DNA of 64,000 nt, taken from assembly GCF_018977255.1 (NCBI RefSeq), contig NW_024704743.1, positions 81,036,001 through 81,100,000 on the forward strand. The letters run 5' to 3'. A program made the translations under genes and the position numbers. Each line of letters starts with the position of its first letter. Position 1 is the stretch's first letter. This DNA is from Callorhinchus milii (taxonomy: Eukaryota). The notes under the pieces were generated by a model. The model worked only from the letters and a program-made list of their open reading frames with translations, was not told the origin of the DNA and made no database searches. Shown here piece by piece: positions 27,370 through 39,419 of this stretch.

Positions 27370-27812
27370 CAACAACAACATGCACTTATATAGCGCCCTC
27401 CACGCAGGGTAGTCTCTCAGAACACGTAACAGTGGCGGAGCCTGACTCCGAGCCGGGGGGAGGGGTGAGGTTGCTGTAAGCACGGTCGAACAGGAAAGTT
27501 TTCAGGCGGGACTTGAAAGAGGGGAGAGAGGGGGCAAGGCAGAGGGATTGAGAGAGAGCGATCCAGAGTTTTGGGGCATAGTGGTTGAAAGCACGACCTC
27601 CGATAGTGGGGTGGAGGGTGCGAGGGACGAGCAGGAGGCCGGTGCCAGTCGAGCGAAGGCGCCGGGTGGTGGTTTGTGGAGTGAGGAGGTTGAAGAGATA
27701 GGGAGGTGACAGGGAGTGAAGGGATTTGAACACAAGAGTGAGGATCTTGAAGTCGATCCATTCGGTGGTGGGGAGCCAGTGGAGCCCAGCCAGAACTGGT
27801 TATTCTGGCAGG
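27370..27812 (-). mobile_element. L2 LINE 3' end (ORF2 C-terminus and 3' UTR)
   Basis: LHWLP motif followed by FKSLHSLSPPYL...RRLRS...TIGGRAFNHYAPKLW...FKSRLKTFLF; (TTG)n tail. Confidence 0.92.
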
Positions 27813-28174
27813 CATAATAATAATAATAATAATCCTTGCATTTGATATACCACCCTATCACATTGTTGAGAATTCTCAAAGCATTTCACAGAATATAAAA
27901 TGGATTGACTGTGTATTTTGTGGGTACTGCCAATTGCGCCCAGCAGTGTCCCACAGAGTCGTGGATTATTATTTTTTTAAAACATTTTTGGGAGGGATTA
28001 TTACCCCCAGAAAGGGATCTGCCAATCGACTAACAACCGGGTTCCTATTTATTGCTAGGTAAGCAGAGATATGTGGAGTAAGGAAACTTGTCCAAGCTTT
28101 CGCCCTGCTCGGGAAACGAACCTGCGTTGTCTCATTTGTGAGTCAAGTGCGCTAACCATCATGCTACCGGACTC
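27813..28174 (-). mobile_element. Near full-length tRNA-SINE, long-core subfamily
   Basis: Head gagtccggtagcatgatggttagcgcac...ggttcgtttccc (A and B boxes), core ctctgcttacctagcaataaatagg, (TTA)n tail. Confidence 0.9.
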
Positions 28175-29000
28175 TATAATGCATCTCATCTCTTTTAGTT
28201 TGGTACATAACAACTATAGTTCACGATGAGGGGTTCAAATAGGTCAGCCAAACAAATGGCTTAGACAGGTTTCAATCTTATTGGTACTTGGTAACAAATA
28301 TTTAGGAATTAACTAAATTGAAGGACTTAGATACATGCTAATATGCTCGCTAAAGAAAATCCAAGTAACAAACAGTGTCAATATTTTTTCCCATTTTCTT
28401 TCAGAACCCTTCCTAACAAATATTGCCTCAGCCTCGAATCATTCTGATCATTGGTACTGAGCAACTTAGGTGCTGCTGTATGTTTAAATAAATATGACAA
28501 ACATTGTGTTTCTCTAAATGCAGTTGCATTTCAATCAGTTTAGTCCCTGTTGCTTGTTTTGCAAGAGTGAGTCAACAGTTTTATTGCATATTATATAAGA
28601 AAACACACAAATAGATCAGCATCACCCCACAGCCCAAGATAAGACAAGCAGCATCTCTTGTATGCTCCAACAGATTTCCAACAGAGTATCTCAGTGGACA
28701 TGTTTGTATTTTCTCTGGTGCTGTGGAAACTCACTCAAAATTGACCGTTTATAGGAAAACGTTGTGTTTTGTTTAGCTCAGGGCTCCCTGGAGGGTTAGG
28801 AACAAGTCAATGAGCCATTCCGGAGATGAAGAAGATATCACAAACCACAAGAGGAAGGCTGGGGTGGTTTATGTTGGATGGACGAGAATACTGCCTTAAC
28901 TTTATTGCAAGTGTAAGTGATGTTATTTGTCCAACATGCCGAAGGTGGGGAATGTCGTGCTGAGGAGGGGATGGCGCAATTCCGCGTTGAAATGGAAGTT

Positions 29001-29060
29001 GGGGAGGATGGCGGTGGGGAGGATGGCGGTGGGGAGGATGGCGGTGGGGAGGATGGCGGT
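29001..29060. repeat. Perfect 15-bp minisatellite (GGGGAGGATGGCGGT)x4
   Basis: Four exact tandem copies read directly. Confidence 0.95.
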
Positions 29061-29285
29061 GGGCAGCAGCTGAGCTCAGGTTCCAGGTGTGGCCTGAGAT
29101 GTCAAGCGCTGCACATCATCACCATCAACACCTACATCACATCACATCACCCCCAGGGGAGCAGCACAGCAGCACAACCCCTGCCCTGACTTCACATCCC
29201 ATTTCTTCTCTGCAGTTGCAGGGTTTGGTCTCACTGTGGTTTTCCCTTCCCCCCCCCCCCCCCCACCCCACCCATTGCTGATCTC

Positions 29286-29433
29286 TGTGTGTGGGTGTAT
29301 GTGTGTGTGTGTGGGTGTGTGTGTGGATGTGGGTGTGTGTGTGTGTGTGGGGGTGTGTGTGTGTGTGTGGGTGTGGGTGTGTGTGTGTGTGTGGGTGTGT
29401 GTGTGTGTGTGTGTGGGGGGGGGTGTGGGGGGG
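29286..29433. repeat. Degenerate (GT)n/G-run microsatellite
   Basis: Direct reading. Confidence 0.95.
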
Positions 29434-29775
29434 ATCTGCAGGAGTCGATTTACCATCATTGCCTCCTATGTTAATCCGAGGAGCAGATCATCTCTTCTAT
29501 TGTAATGCAACACCGGTCCCCACTCGCAACAGAACAAACGCTTCACATCGTTGGACCTTTTGCTTAAGTTCGTGGAAAGCGCCGCCAACAGCGATGCGGT
29601 GTTTCACAGCAAATCCGCACTCACTCGGGGAACACGAGGTTTGTCTCTCCGCCCAAACCGAGCGCTTTCTCGGTACATTATTGAACATCGAGAGACGACT
29701 GTAACACCTCTAACCCCAGAGCCCCCGCGAGGGAGGGAGGGAGGGAGGGCTGTTCATTCTGGTAACAGATCCTCT

Positions 29776-30990
29776 CCCCCCACACACACCCCCACACACA
29801 CACCCACACACCCACACACACACACCCACACACACCCCCACACACCCCCCCCCACCCCCCCCCCCACACCCCCCCCCACACACCACACACACACCCCCCA
29901 CACACCACCACACACACCCCACCCACACCGCCCCACACACACACACACCCCCCACACACACACACCCACACACACACACCCACACACACACCCACACACC
30001 ACACACACACCACCCAACACACACACACACACACCCCCCCACACACACACACCCCACACCCACACACCCCCCACACCCACACACACACCCCCCACACACA
30101 CCCACACCCCCACACACACACCCCCCCCCACACACACCCACCCCACACACACCCCACCCCCCACACCCCCCACACACACCCCCACACACACCCCCACACC
30201 CCCCCACACACACCCACACACACCCCCCCACACACACACCCCCACACACACACACCCACACACACACCCACAACACACACCCCCCCACACACACACACCC
30301 CCCCACACACACACACACACACACACACACCCCACACACACACCCCCCCACACACACACACACCCCCCACACACACACACCCCACACCCCCCCCCCCCCA
30401 CACACACACACCCCCCACACACACACACCCCCCACACACACACCCACACACACACACACCGCCCCCCCCCACACACACACACCCCACACACACACCACCC
30501 CCCCACACACACACACCACCCCCCACACACACACCCACACCCACACCCCCCCCACACACACCCCCACACCCCCCACACACCACACCCCCCCCCCCACACA
30601 CACACCCCCACACACCCCCCCACACACACACACCCCACACCCCCCCCCCCACACACACACCCCCCCCACACACACACCCCCCCCACACACACACACACAC
30701 ACCCCACACCCCCCACACACACACACACCCACACACACACACCCACACACACACACCCCCCCCCCACCACACACACACACACACACCCACCCCCCCCCCC
30801 ACACACACACACACCCTCAACAACACCCCCCACACACACACACCCACACCCCATACACACACACCCACACCCCCCCACACACACCCCCCCCCCACACACC
30901 CCCCCCCCACACACACCCCACACACACACCCCCCCCCACACACCCCCCCCCCACACACCCCCCCCCACACCCCCCCACCCCACCCCCCCT
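29776..30990. repeat. ~1.2-kb degenerate (CA)n/poly-C low-complexity tract
   Basis: Almost only C and A on the + strand. Source of the 366-521 aa pseudo-ORFs. Confidence 0.97.
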
Positions 30991-31809
30991 CCCGGGGTAA
31001 TGATTGGCCGCTCACACACCAAACTGCTCGCACTTTTATCAAACGGTCAACCACATCCTCTTTGCAGTGCCGCTGTGATTGATGGCTCAGCAATGAACGG
31101 AAGGTCAGTCGAGTAAATAACTGGTAACCCCTCCGCTCATCTCCTCTGGTGGGATGGAAAGGAAAGGGAGAGGTGGTGGGGGAGTGGGGGGAGTGGGGTG
31201 GGGGGGAGAGCTGCTGCTCCCACTGCACCTCTGGACCCAGATCCTTTAGAGCAGTTGATGTCAGTCAGGCTGCAGCCCACATGTGGGATCCCCTCCCCTC
31301 CCCACTCCCCTCCTCACGGTGTCCGGTTGCACCAATGTTTCCAATCACCAATGTTGTCGTCCTGATCGCAACCGATACCTCAACCAACACTTCCCACTGA
31401 ATCCCCGGGGAACAACCCCCACTCTGGACAAAATCACACTGGACTTTTACATCCACATGGATGTATGCGCTGTTAACGCAATCCGGGACAAGTGTTTTAC
31501 GTTTCTTTTTCAAAAAAAAACAATCACCAGTGAATCTCAGCCCTTTGCGGTACAGTAAGTAGTCAGTCGGCAAATCGTCGGATAAGGTGGTGTCTGTAAG
31601 GAATGTCTGTGTGAAGGGGAAAGGAAGCACAGCACAACACACCTCGTCCGCAAAGTACAGTACAGTACAGTTTTGTTGGCTCTTAAACATCACAGATATA
31701 TTGCAAAGTATGAGAACAGCAGAACTCGCCTCCAACCATCCGAAAAGCAAATCAAATCTAACGCCATGCTGAGGTGGGGTGGGGGGGGGTGGGGGGGGGC
31801 TTACCGTAC

Positions 31810-31830
31810 CAGTTTCCTTAACATAGTCAT
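31810..31830 (-). CDS. ENPP2: Candidate distal alternative first coding exon of ENPP2, MTMLRKL
   Basis: gcagccATG context, 7 codons, then phase-0 donor GTACGG followed 5 nt later by GTAAGC. Lies in a CpG-rich island 13 kb upstream of exon 1 and is in frame with exon 2. Confidence 0.6.
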
Positions 31831-33174
31831 GGCTGCTGACACACGGTGAGATGGCTCGTGGTTGTCCTGGTCGCTGAAGGAGAGTTGACAAGATGCACAA
31901 TCTATCAATCCCAGTGGACTCCAGTCACCAGCACTGGGCATTGGTTCAAACTGTGCTTCTTTGTCCTGTGACTATCTTGTCTGTGGCTTATCTCCAGTGG
32001 GGATGAGTTGGTGGTGGTGTCCGGCCGGGAGGACAATGGCTTCACTGGGAGATAACCTTCAAACCGAAGGCGATTCAGCTCCCACTACCTCCCACCGAAC
32101 CGAGTTTCAGGTCCAAGGACTGTGTGTCCAGAACTCCACAAACGATAAAGCGCAAATTGACTGTAGAAGCAGCAAACGCGACACTGCAATAAATCTTAAT
32201 GTCATGTACTTTCTGCGACACGTTGATGATTTAATATTAACCGTCCCATTTGATATTGCATGGGTATTCGGGATGTCTCAGAGCTCTTTGCAGGATGTCG
32301 CTGTACTGTGGTGACTGTGTATGTGTTGCCAAAAAGAGCAGCCAATTTGCACACAGCAAATATCCCATAAACAGCCATGTAGTGAATGACCAGTTTTGAT
32401 CTGGGAGAAATGTTTAATGTACCCCCAAAGCTTGGAATAAAAGGATTAATCCATTTTATAGGTAGTGTTTGTTGTTTCAATGTGTTCCCACTCTCTCATG
32501 TGCACAGGTATAAATAATAATCCTTACATTTGGTTTAGGACCTTTCATGTCCCAAAGCACTTCACAGAATATACTGTAAAGTTCAGTGACTGTGTGTTTG
32601 GTGGGTGAACATGTGTAGTCTAGCATAGCAGTGACCAGATATTCTGTTTATATGTATTAAAGAAATTTCAAAAGTACAAACAATCATTTGATAAAGTGCA
32701 TTTTGAATAATGTTATGCTTGGCAAATCCGTGATACAAAATGCACACTTTAAAGTCAAATTTATGGTATCCTTTAATAAACTATAACGATTTAGAAATAC
32801 AAATTTGACAATCAAATGTAAAATGTGGATTTATAAATTCACATATTAAGGCAACATTTTCATGTTAACTGTACCATTGAATTATACCCTGGGTTGAGCA
32901 GATATTGCAAGGCCATTCCTGAAACTCATGGGAGGATGTGGTCAGTGTAATAGCAGGAGAAACCAACTTAAACATCAATGCATCAATTGAGTGTGGAGCC
33001 TTGATAGAAGATGACAAGCCGCTGAAGAAAAGAAAATATAATTTTAATAAGGAAGCAATTACCTGTTAATCTTGCATGTTGCCGTTATTCATATGCGATA
33101 ATTATTACTTTAACATAATATGAAAAGCCGGTTTTCATTGGCATTTATCTTGATTGCTGGATGTTAGAGTTTTA

Positions 33175-33472
33175 ATAATAAAATAACAATAATCATCCTT
33201 GCATATAGCGCCTTATCACATCTTCGTGACGTCTCAAAGCGCTTCTAAGAATATACTGTAAAATGAATTGACTGTATATTTTGTGGGGGAAACGTGGCAG
33301 CCAATTGCACACAGCAGTATCCCACAAACAGTCGTGGATTGAGTGACAATTTTTTTTAAGGGATTATTACCCCTGGAAAAACAATCCGCCAATCGACTAA
33401 CACCCGGATTCTTACTTACTGCAGGTAAACAGAAGCATGTGGAGTAAGGAAACTTGCCCAACATTTCGCCTT
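33175..33472 (-). mobile_element. tRNA-SINE, long-core subfamily, head missing
   Basis: Collinear with 11347-11663. Confidence 0.88.
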
Positions 33473-33711
33473 TTACCTTTTCTAAAGCAGAAATGACAAT
33501 TTCGAAAAGTTGCCCTTCCCCCTCACTTTGGTAAGTGCTCTGAGCTCTGCCTGTGTGAAGGCCCCTATGTAAATGCAAGATGTTGGTAGTGTTGTTTGAT
33601 GGCTTCTAAAGCTAATATCAACTAGACTGAAGGAAGGCATGTTGGTTGTTTGGATAAAAAGGTGATTAAATAAACAATAACATCCATTAAGGAGATCAGT
33701 GTCAACCTGGT

Positions 33712-34110
33712 GTCAGTCTGCTCACTTCATAGCACTCTTGTCTCTGACTCAGAAGGTTGTGGGTTCAAGTCCCATATAAGGAACTTGAGCTCATAATCCA
33801 GGGTGACAGTCTAAGGCAATGTTGGAGCAGAGTTCCTTTGGATATGAGATTCCCATCTACCTGTTCAGGGGGTCCCTAAAGATCCCATGACACTACTCAA
33901 CAGGAAAAGGAAGTTTCCCCCAGTGCCCTGGCCAAAAAATTACAATTGGTTCTTCACTTCATAGCTGTGCATGCGACATTGCTACGTGCAAATTGGCTGC
34001 AAAAGCCTACAAATAGTCACAACAGTTCACAGTAAAACCCTAGGAAAGCTTTGAGATGTCTTAACGATGTGATAAGGTTCTACATAAAATGTAAGGATTA
34101 TTATTATTGC
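33712..34110 (+). mobile_element. Near full-length Deu-domain SINE (SacSINE1-like)
   Basis: Head tagcactcttgtctctgactcagaaggttgtgggttcaagtccca, Deu core aaagatcccatgacacta...ccccagtgccctggcc, tail aaatgtaaggattattattatt. Confidence 0.85.
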
Positions 34111-37100
34111 TGCCAGTTAGTATTCCCGTGTAACCTTTATAGGGATACATCTGTGGTCCTTTTTTTATTTGTTCCTTACACATGGCTTGGTTTAAGAAAC
34201 AGCTGCAAACGTTACCTCATTGACCGTGGCAATAACAGGTAGGATGGGCCTGGCCGGACAAGACACCCCATTTTCAAGATAAATTCGAAAACAAAATTTG
34301 CATGCCCATTTTTAAAATGTCAATGACTTTGCTATCATAAAATAAGAATAAAGATCATATGAACAATTATATTTTTTTGTCGTCTGCAATTTTAAACTGT
34401 ACTGTTAAGCGTGTCGAAAGTAAAATATGACTATTATCAATCGCTGGGTTTTCACCCACAAAATAAAGTCAATTTACAGTATATCCTGTGAAGCGCTTTG
34501 AGACATCTCATGATGTGATAAGGCACTGTATCAACTGCAAGGATTTAAAAAATATATTTTTGGTAACATTTCTATAATTTCTGGGAATATACAAACAAAA
34601 CATTGAAAAGAAAATGAAAAACACATTGCAAAAAGAGCTGTGTTTGATTATCACGATTGGTGACTTGATGGCAGAGCAGCAGATAGTTTAATGAAAGAAA
34701 TAACCCATACATACAAGGGTTCGAATTTAATGCAACAGATCTACACCAGTAAGCACAGGCAGTGTTAGTGTATGGTGGGAAGATTTACACACTTTATATT
34801 GGATATGTTTTGTTTCTTTAGTTGATGCTAACACTAGCTGGTTTTAGAATTGTTCACTGGATCCAGAAACATGCTTAAGATTTACAATCTACCAAAAGCA
34901 AAGACAAATAGTGCGATTGTAGAAATATGGACCTAACTGAAAATAGCTGGATTCATTCACAGAGTTGGTGTGGGGTGTAATAGAAAACAGACATGAAGCT
35001 TGATTTTATTTCCTAAATGAAACGAACGGCTATGGTACCTTCAGTAAGGTACATTGGTGCGCTTTAATCTAAACAAAACCACCTTGATCTGCCCGTGGCT
35101 AATACACATCACTTTTCTGGGGATGACAGCCTGTTGGCAAACACAACATTGTTAGGTGGAATCAACATCTGTAAAATATAACAAGCTCCTAGATAGCGCT
35201 AGAGCCATAGGCAATAGTCTTTACGATCACACACACTGAGATTCATGGAGAAAAAAAAACAATGTAGTGTTGTATTACATACCAGTTCATTATTTTAGCT
35301 TAAGTAATTTTGAATGTAATTTACCTACCTTCAAACAGAATTAGTTTTTGTTGATCATGCTTGATGTTTAACTGTAATAATCATTTATAATCCCATTGAT
35401 CATATGTTTGACCATAACAGTCATCAGTAAATTGGGCATTCTACACTGTTAATGGATAGACATCCTTAACAAGGACAAACATACAAAAATGATTTTTTTT
35501 GATGAATGCTACATGGTATTGATAGTTTAGTAGATATGTAAATTTGTAAATTTGTTGGAACCTCATGTCCCTCTTTTTTGGTCTATGTAACCTACAGAGG
35601 TAATTATTTTAAGAAAGCAATGTAAAGTTTGATCCAAGTTATGAGTCGAATCAAGAATAAAACGTAAAGTATTTTAGATCCCCCAGTTAATAAGATGGTA
35701 AATTACAACTGTGCAGATTGAAAGGATTCAGTTCAGCTCCGGACAACGTCAGCATAATAACAACATGTTTTACAACATCCAGGACTGAAGTTGCAAATGT
35801 TTTTCCATAATCATAACTAGAGAACCGCAGGGAGACATCAAATCTCCAACTTTCATTTTGTCCAGTAAAAAGCTGTGATTGATGTCTGCTCTGTTGGCTA
35901 ATACAAGACATGTTTATAGTAGTCTTGTTTCACTAGACCTATCGTTTTTCTGCTCGATACAAAAACAGGAATCAGTTAATTACATACAGGCACAAGGAGT
36001 GAGCCAAGTGGCAGTTCAGCCTCTCATGTTGTGCCTGCCACGCTCTGGTAAATAATGTGGTAAAAATCTTAACTACACTTTCCTTCCTGTCTGCATTTGT
36101 CAATCGAACTTATAACTTGTCTGAAATGTATAACTGATTCTGTCTTAAAACACACTTCAGGTTTAGCATTTAAATGGTTCTGTGAAAGCAAGACAGATCG
36201 GGACTGGAGCTACGCTGTCCAGTATTGCAGTTGAAACATTCATTCTAGTTTTACTTCTAAATGACTCCTTGTTATATGATGTTATCGGCAGTGTTCAAGA
36301 CAATCCAAAAGCAGGACTCCAGCTAACCTGCCTGCAGCCACCATTACTTCCTTTGATACTGGACTGTTGCAACAATCATATTTATAAGGATATTTGTACC
36401 ATGGATGTTCCGTAAGCCGAATCCTTTCCAATATACACTAGTTAGAAATGTGCTGATACATAACAAAGACAGCAGGATATTTGGCAAAGACTAACCTAAT
36501 ATACCTTGACCTTTGGGTGCCAGCGTCAAAGAGCCAATAATGGTCAGGAACTAGGATAAGAACAGATAAGTTTTTGATAACGCTTGCTGGGTAGCCATGT
36601 GTTTCCCACAATTCATTGAAATATGTACATTTCCTCCTCCCCTCCTGTTAGTGACCACAGGAAGATATTTTTGGTTGTTAGATTAAAGGCGTTCAGTGAA
36701 TAGGCATCTTGACATCTGACCATGCATCAAATCATGATTATGCTAGTTTAAAATGTATATAATCTCTAATACATCTGTATAATTCCACATTAGAGCAAAA
36801 ATGATAGTTTCCCTCAACAGCTTGTACACTATTTTCCAAAACAAACACTTTACATTACAATAATTGTTCAACAGAATTGTCCCTGTAGCTTCTATAAAAA
36901 GCAATACAATTTGCACCCATGAACACCACTTGAGGAATATTCCATTCTGTGTGATCAAACTTAAATAAACAAGGCTTATAAATCAACTAAAGTAACTGGA
37001 GGGATTATCATTAAATTAACCTCACCTGTACCTTTGATGAACTAGTGAGTAAAAATATTGCATGGTGTGATGTTGAACCAAACAGAGCAGGAAGGGCTAA

Positions 37101-37435
37101 AGCTGAATTTGTTGTTGATGTTGTTGGAAATTAAAGATCCCATGGCACTATTTGAAAAGGGAAGGGAGTTTCTGGGGTCCTGCCCAACAATCTCCCCCAA
37201 AAATGATGATTCACTTCATGGCTGCTTGTGTGACGTTGCTGGGCAGAAATTGCCTGTCGTGTTGGCCTATGGGTCACGACACGTTATGTAATCCTTGCAT
37301 TTTTATATAACTCCTTATCATGTCTTCGAAACATCTCAAAGCACTTCACAGAATATACTGTGAAGTGAATTGACTGGATATTTTGTGGGAAAAACTTTAC
37401 AGTAAATTTTGTAAAGTGCTTTAATACATTTTGGC

Positions 37436-37828
37436 AATAATAATAATAATAATAATAATCCTTGCATTTGATATAGCGCTTTTCACGTTGGGAGGACGTC
37501 CGAAAGCGCTTCACAGAACAACAACAACAACAACAACAAGATTCCATTTATAAAGCGCCCTTCACGTCAGGAGGACGTCCCAACACACTGTAAAGTGAAT
37601 TGACTGTGTATTTGTGGGCGAACGCGGCAGCCAATTGCGCACAGCAATGTCCCACAAACAGTCGTAGATTGAAAATGACCAATTTATTATTGTTTTTGGT
37701 TTTGGAGGGATTATTATTAGGCTCTGTGTGGAGTAAGGAAACTTGCCCAAGGTTTCGCCCTCTGCCTGGAATTGAACTCAGGTCTCTCGCTTGCAAAGCG
37801 AGTGCTCTAACCACTGAGCTACAGGACT
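37436..37828 (-). mobile_element. Full-length young tRNA(Ala-like)-headed SINE, short-core subfamily, interrupted by a ~70-bp L2 tail
   Basis: Head gtagctcagtggttagagcactcgctttgcaagcgagagacctgagttcaattccagg; (TTA)n tail; a (CAA)n-tailed insert at ~37518-37587. Confidence 0.9.
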
Positions 37829-38429
37829 TCAATGTGATAATGCGATATATCAAATGCAAGAATGAAGGAGTATTTGTTCATGGAAAAGTAATTGCAAGCC
37901 ACTGAGATATCTCCAATGCTCTGAGCATGACAGCTTTTGTTTAGTTGCTCTAAGACTTGTGTCTTACAGTAACTGTTAATACAATGTATCAATGGGACCT
38001 TAGAAGTAATTCTTAGCAGCAGCAAAAAAGAACAATAAGGGAGATTCACTTGCAAGTCTTTTTGTAATCCTAAACATACATTCTGTCAATGGCAATTATA
38101 ATTTAAATGGAATTAATTACTTATATATTAAATAGAAAATGGATAAAAAGGAACAATTTGAGTTTCTAACAGCTTTTTAACATTTATAGTTTTCTTAGGT
38201 AGCCATGAATGTAGGATTTATGATCTTTTTATAGTGCATTGTGCTCAATGTAGCGCCTATTATAATTCACACATATGTTTGTTTTGTGGCATCTTTATTA
38301 TTTATAAATGCTGTCAGTAGTGGCAAAATCCAGAAACAACATTTTTATACATTAGGTTTTAAGAGACAAACATCTAATTTTCAAAACAAATTTTCTGGCT
38401 TCTACTATGGTAACACAGATCTTTAATGT

Positions 38430-38900
38430 TTTTAAAATGATAGTACTTCAATTTCACCTAATGTCAAAATGTCTCATAAACACTTTACATAATGAGTTGC
38501 TTCGAAGGGCAATGATTGTTGTGAAGTAGGCAAGCGCAGCAGCCAACCTGATTATCTGCACCAGAAACATCCTGCAAACAGTAATTTGATGAATGACCAG
38601 TAATTTGGTTTTGATGAGTTTGAATGGAAATAAATATTAGCCAGGACACTGGGAAAATTGTGCAACTCTGCTTAGAAATAGTGCCAAGAGATCTTTAACA
38701 TCTATCAAAACCACTTGAACAGTTCAACATCTAATCCGAAGGAAATCGCCTCCGACAACACATTATTCCTCAAATAACATTTTGAACTGAACTTTCAATA
38801 CAGCACTCGAGCCTCAAATATAAATTCAAGTCCTTGTGCAGTGCTAAAACCTATAACCTTTTGAACCAGAGGTGAGAATGCTACCAACTGAGCCAAATTC
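38430..38900 (-). mobile_element. Old full-length Deu-domain SINE
   Basis: ccaggacactgggaaaa...atagtgccaagagatcttt...ccagaggtgagaatgctaccaactgagcc. Confidence 0.8.
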
Positions 38901-39419
38901 AATAAATTATTTTGGTAAAACAGTGAAAGCAAAAGCAATAGAGTACCTTAGCACCAAAGCACAAGTTGTGAATTCACCCCTAGGTCTATCCAGTCAATTA
39001 AGTAGAGAAGTTTGGACAGTTTTAAAGTCATTAAAATGAGAACTTTTCAAAAGGGAAGTGTTTTATCATTGTCATGTTTAAATTAGGGCTTAGAATACAC
39101 TGATTCAAAAAAGCTGCTAATTTGTGCTAACAACATCCCACAAAAGAGCAATGTGATTTTATTTAACTGTATTTGGGGATACAATTGGAATAATGTCTCC
39201 TGGGAAAGGTCTGCTCTTCCTTAAGGACAGTGTTTGAAATAAGCATTGATGAACAATCAAGAAGTTTAGAAAGAAAAAAAAATTGACAGAACAGAGAGAG
39301 AACATGACTGATGATACAAATTAAAAAGGCTTTTTTTAATTTAGTTATAGCGGGGGAGGAAACAATTCCAAAAGGAAATTATTTCTTCCCTCAAGGAATT
39401 AGTTGATTAATATGGAAAG

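Larger units (their letters stand above)
28900..32250. promoter_or_regulatory. CpG/GC-rich island, probable distal ENPP2 promoter or enhancer region
   Basis: CpG dinucleotides are visibly retained in the unique segments (29440-29770, 30990-32250) against an AT-rich, CpG-depleted background. Contains the candidate first exon. Confidence 0.55.

Noticed and set aside
27386..27733. 115-aa ORF as a host gene
   Set aside because: It is the C-terminus of L2 ORF2 from a 5'-truncated copy.
29551..31228. Long ORFs of 521, 516, 422 and 366 aa (His/Thr/Pro- or Val/Cys/Gly-rich)
   Set aside because: They are translations of the (CA/C)n tract, which lacks stop codons in most frames on both strands. No domain content.
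37758..37828. tRNA-Ala(TGC) gene
   Set aside because: The acceptor stem does not pair and the sequence continues directly into a SINE body and tail, so it is a SINE head.
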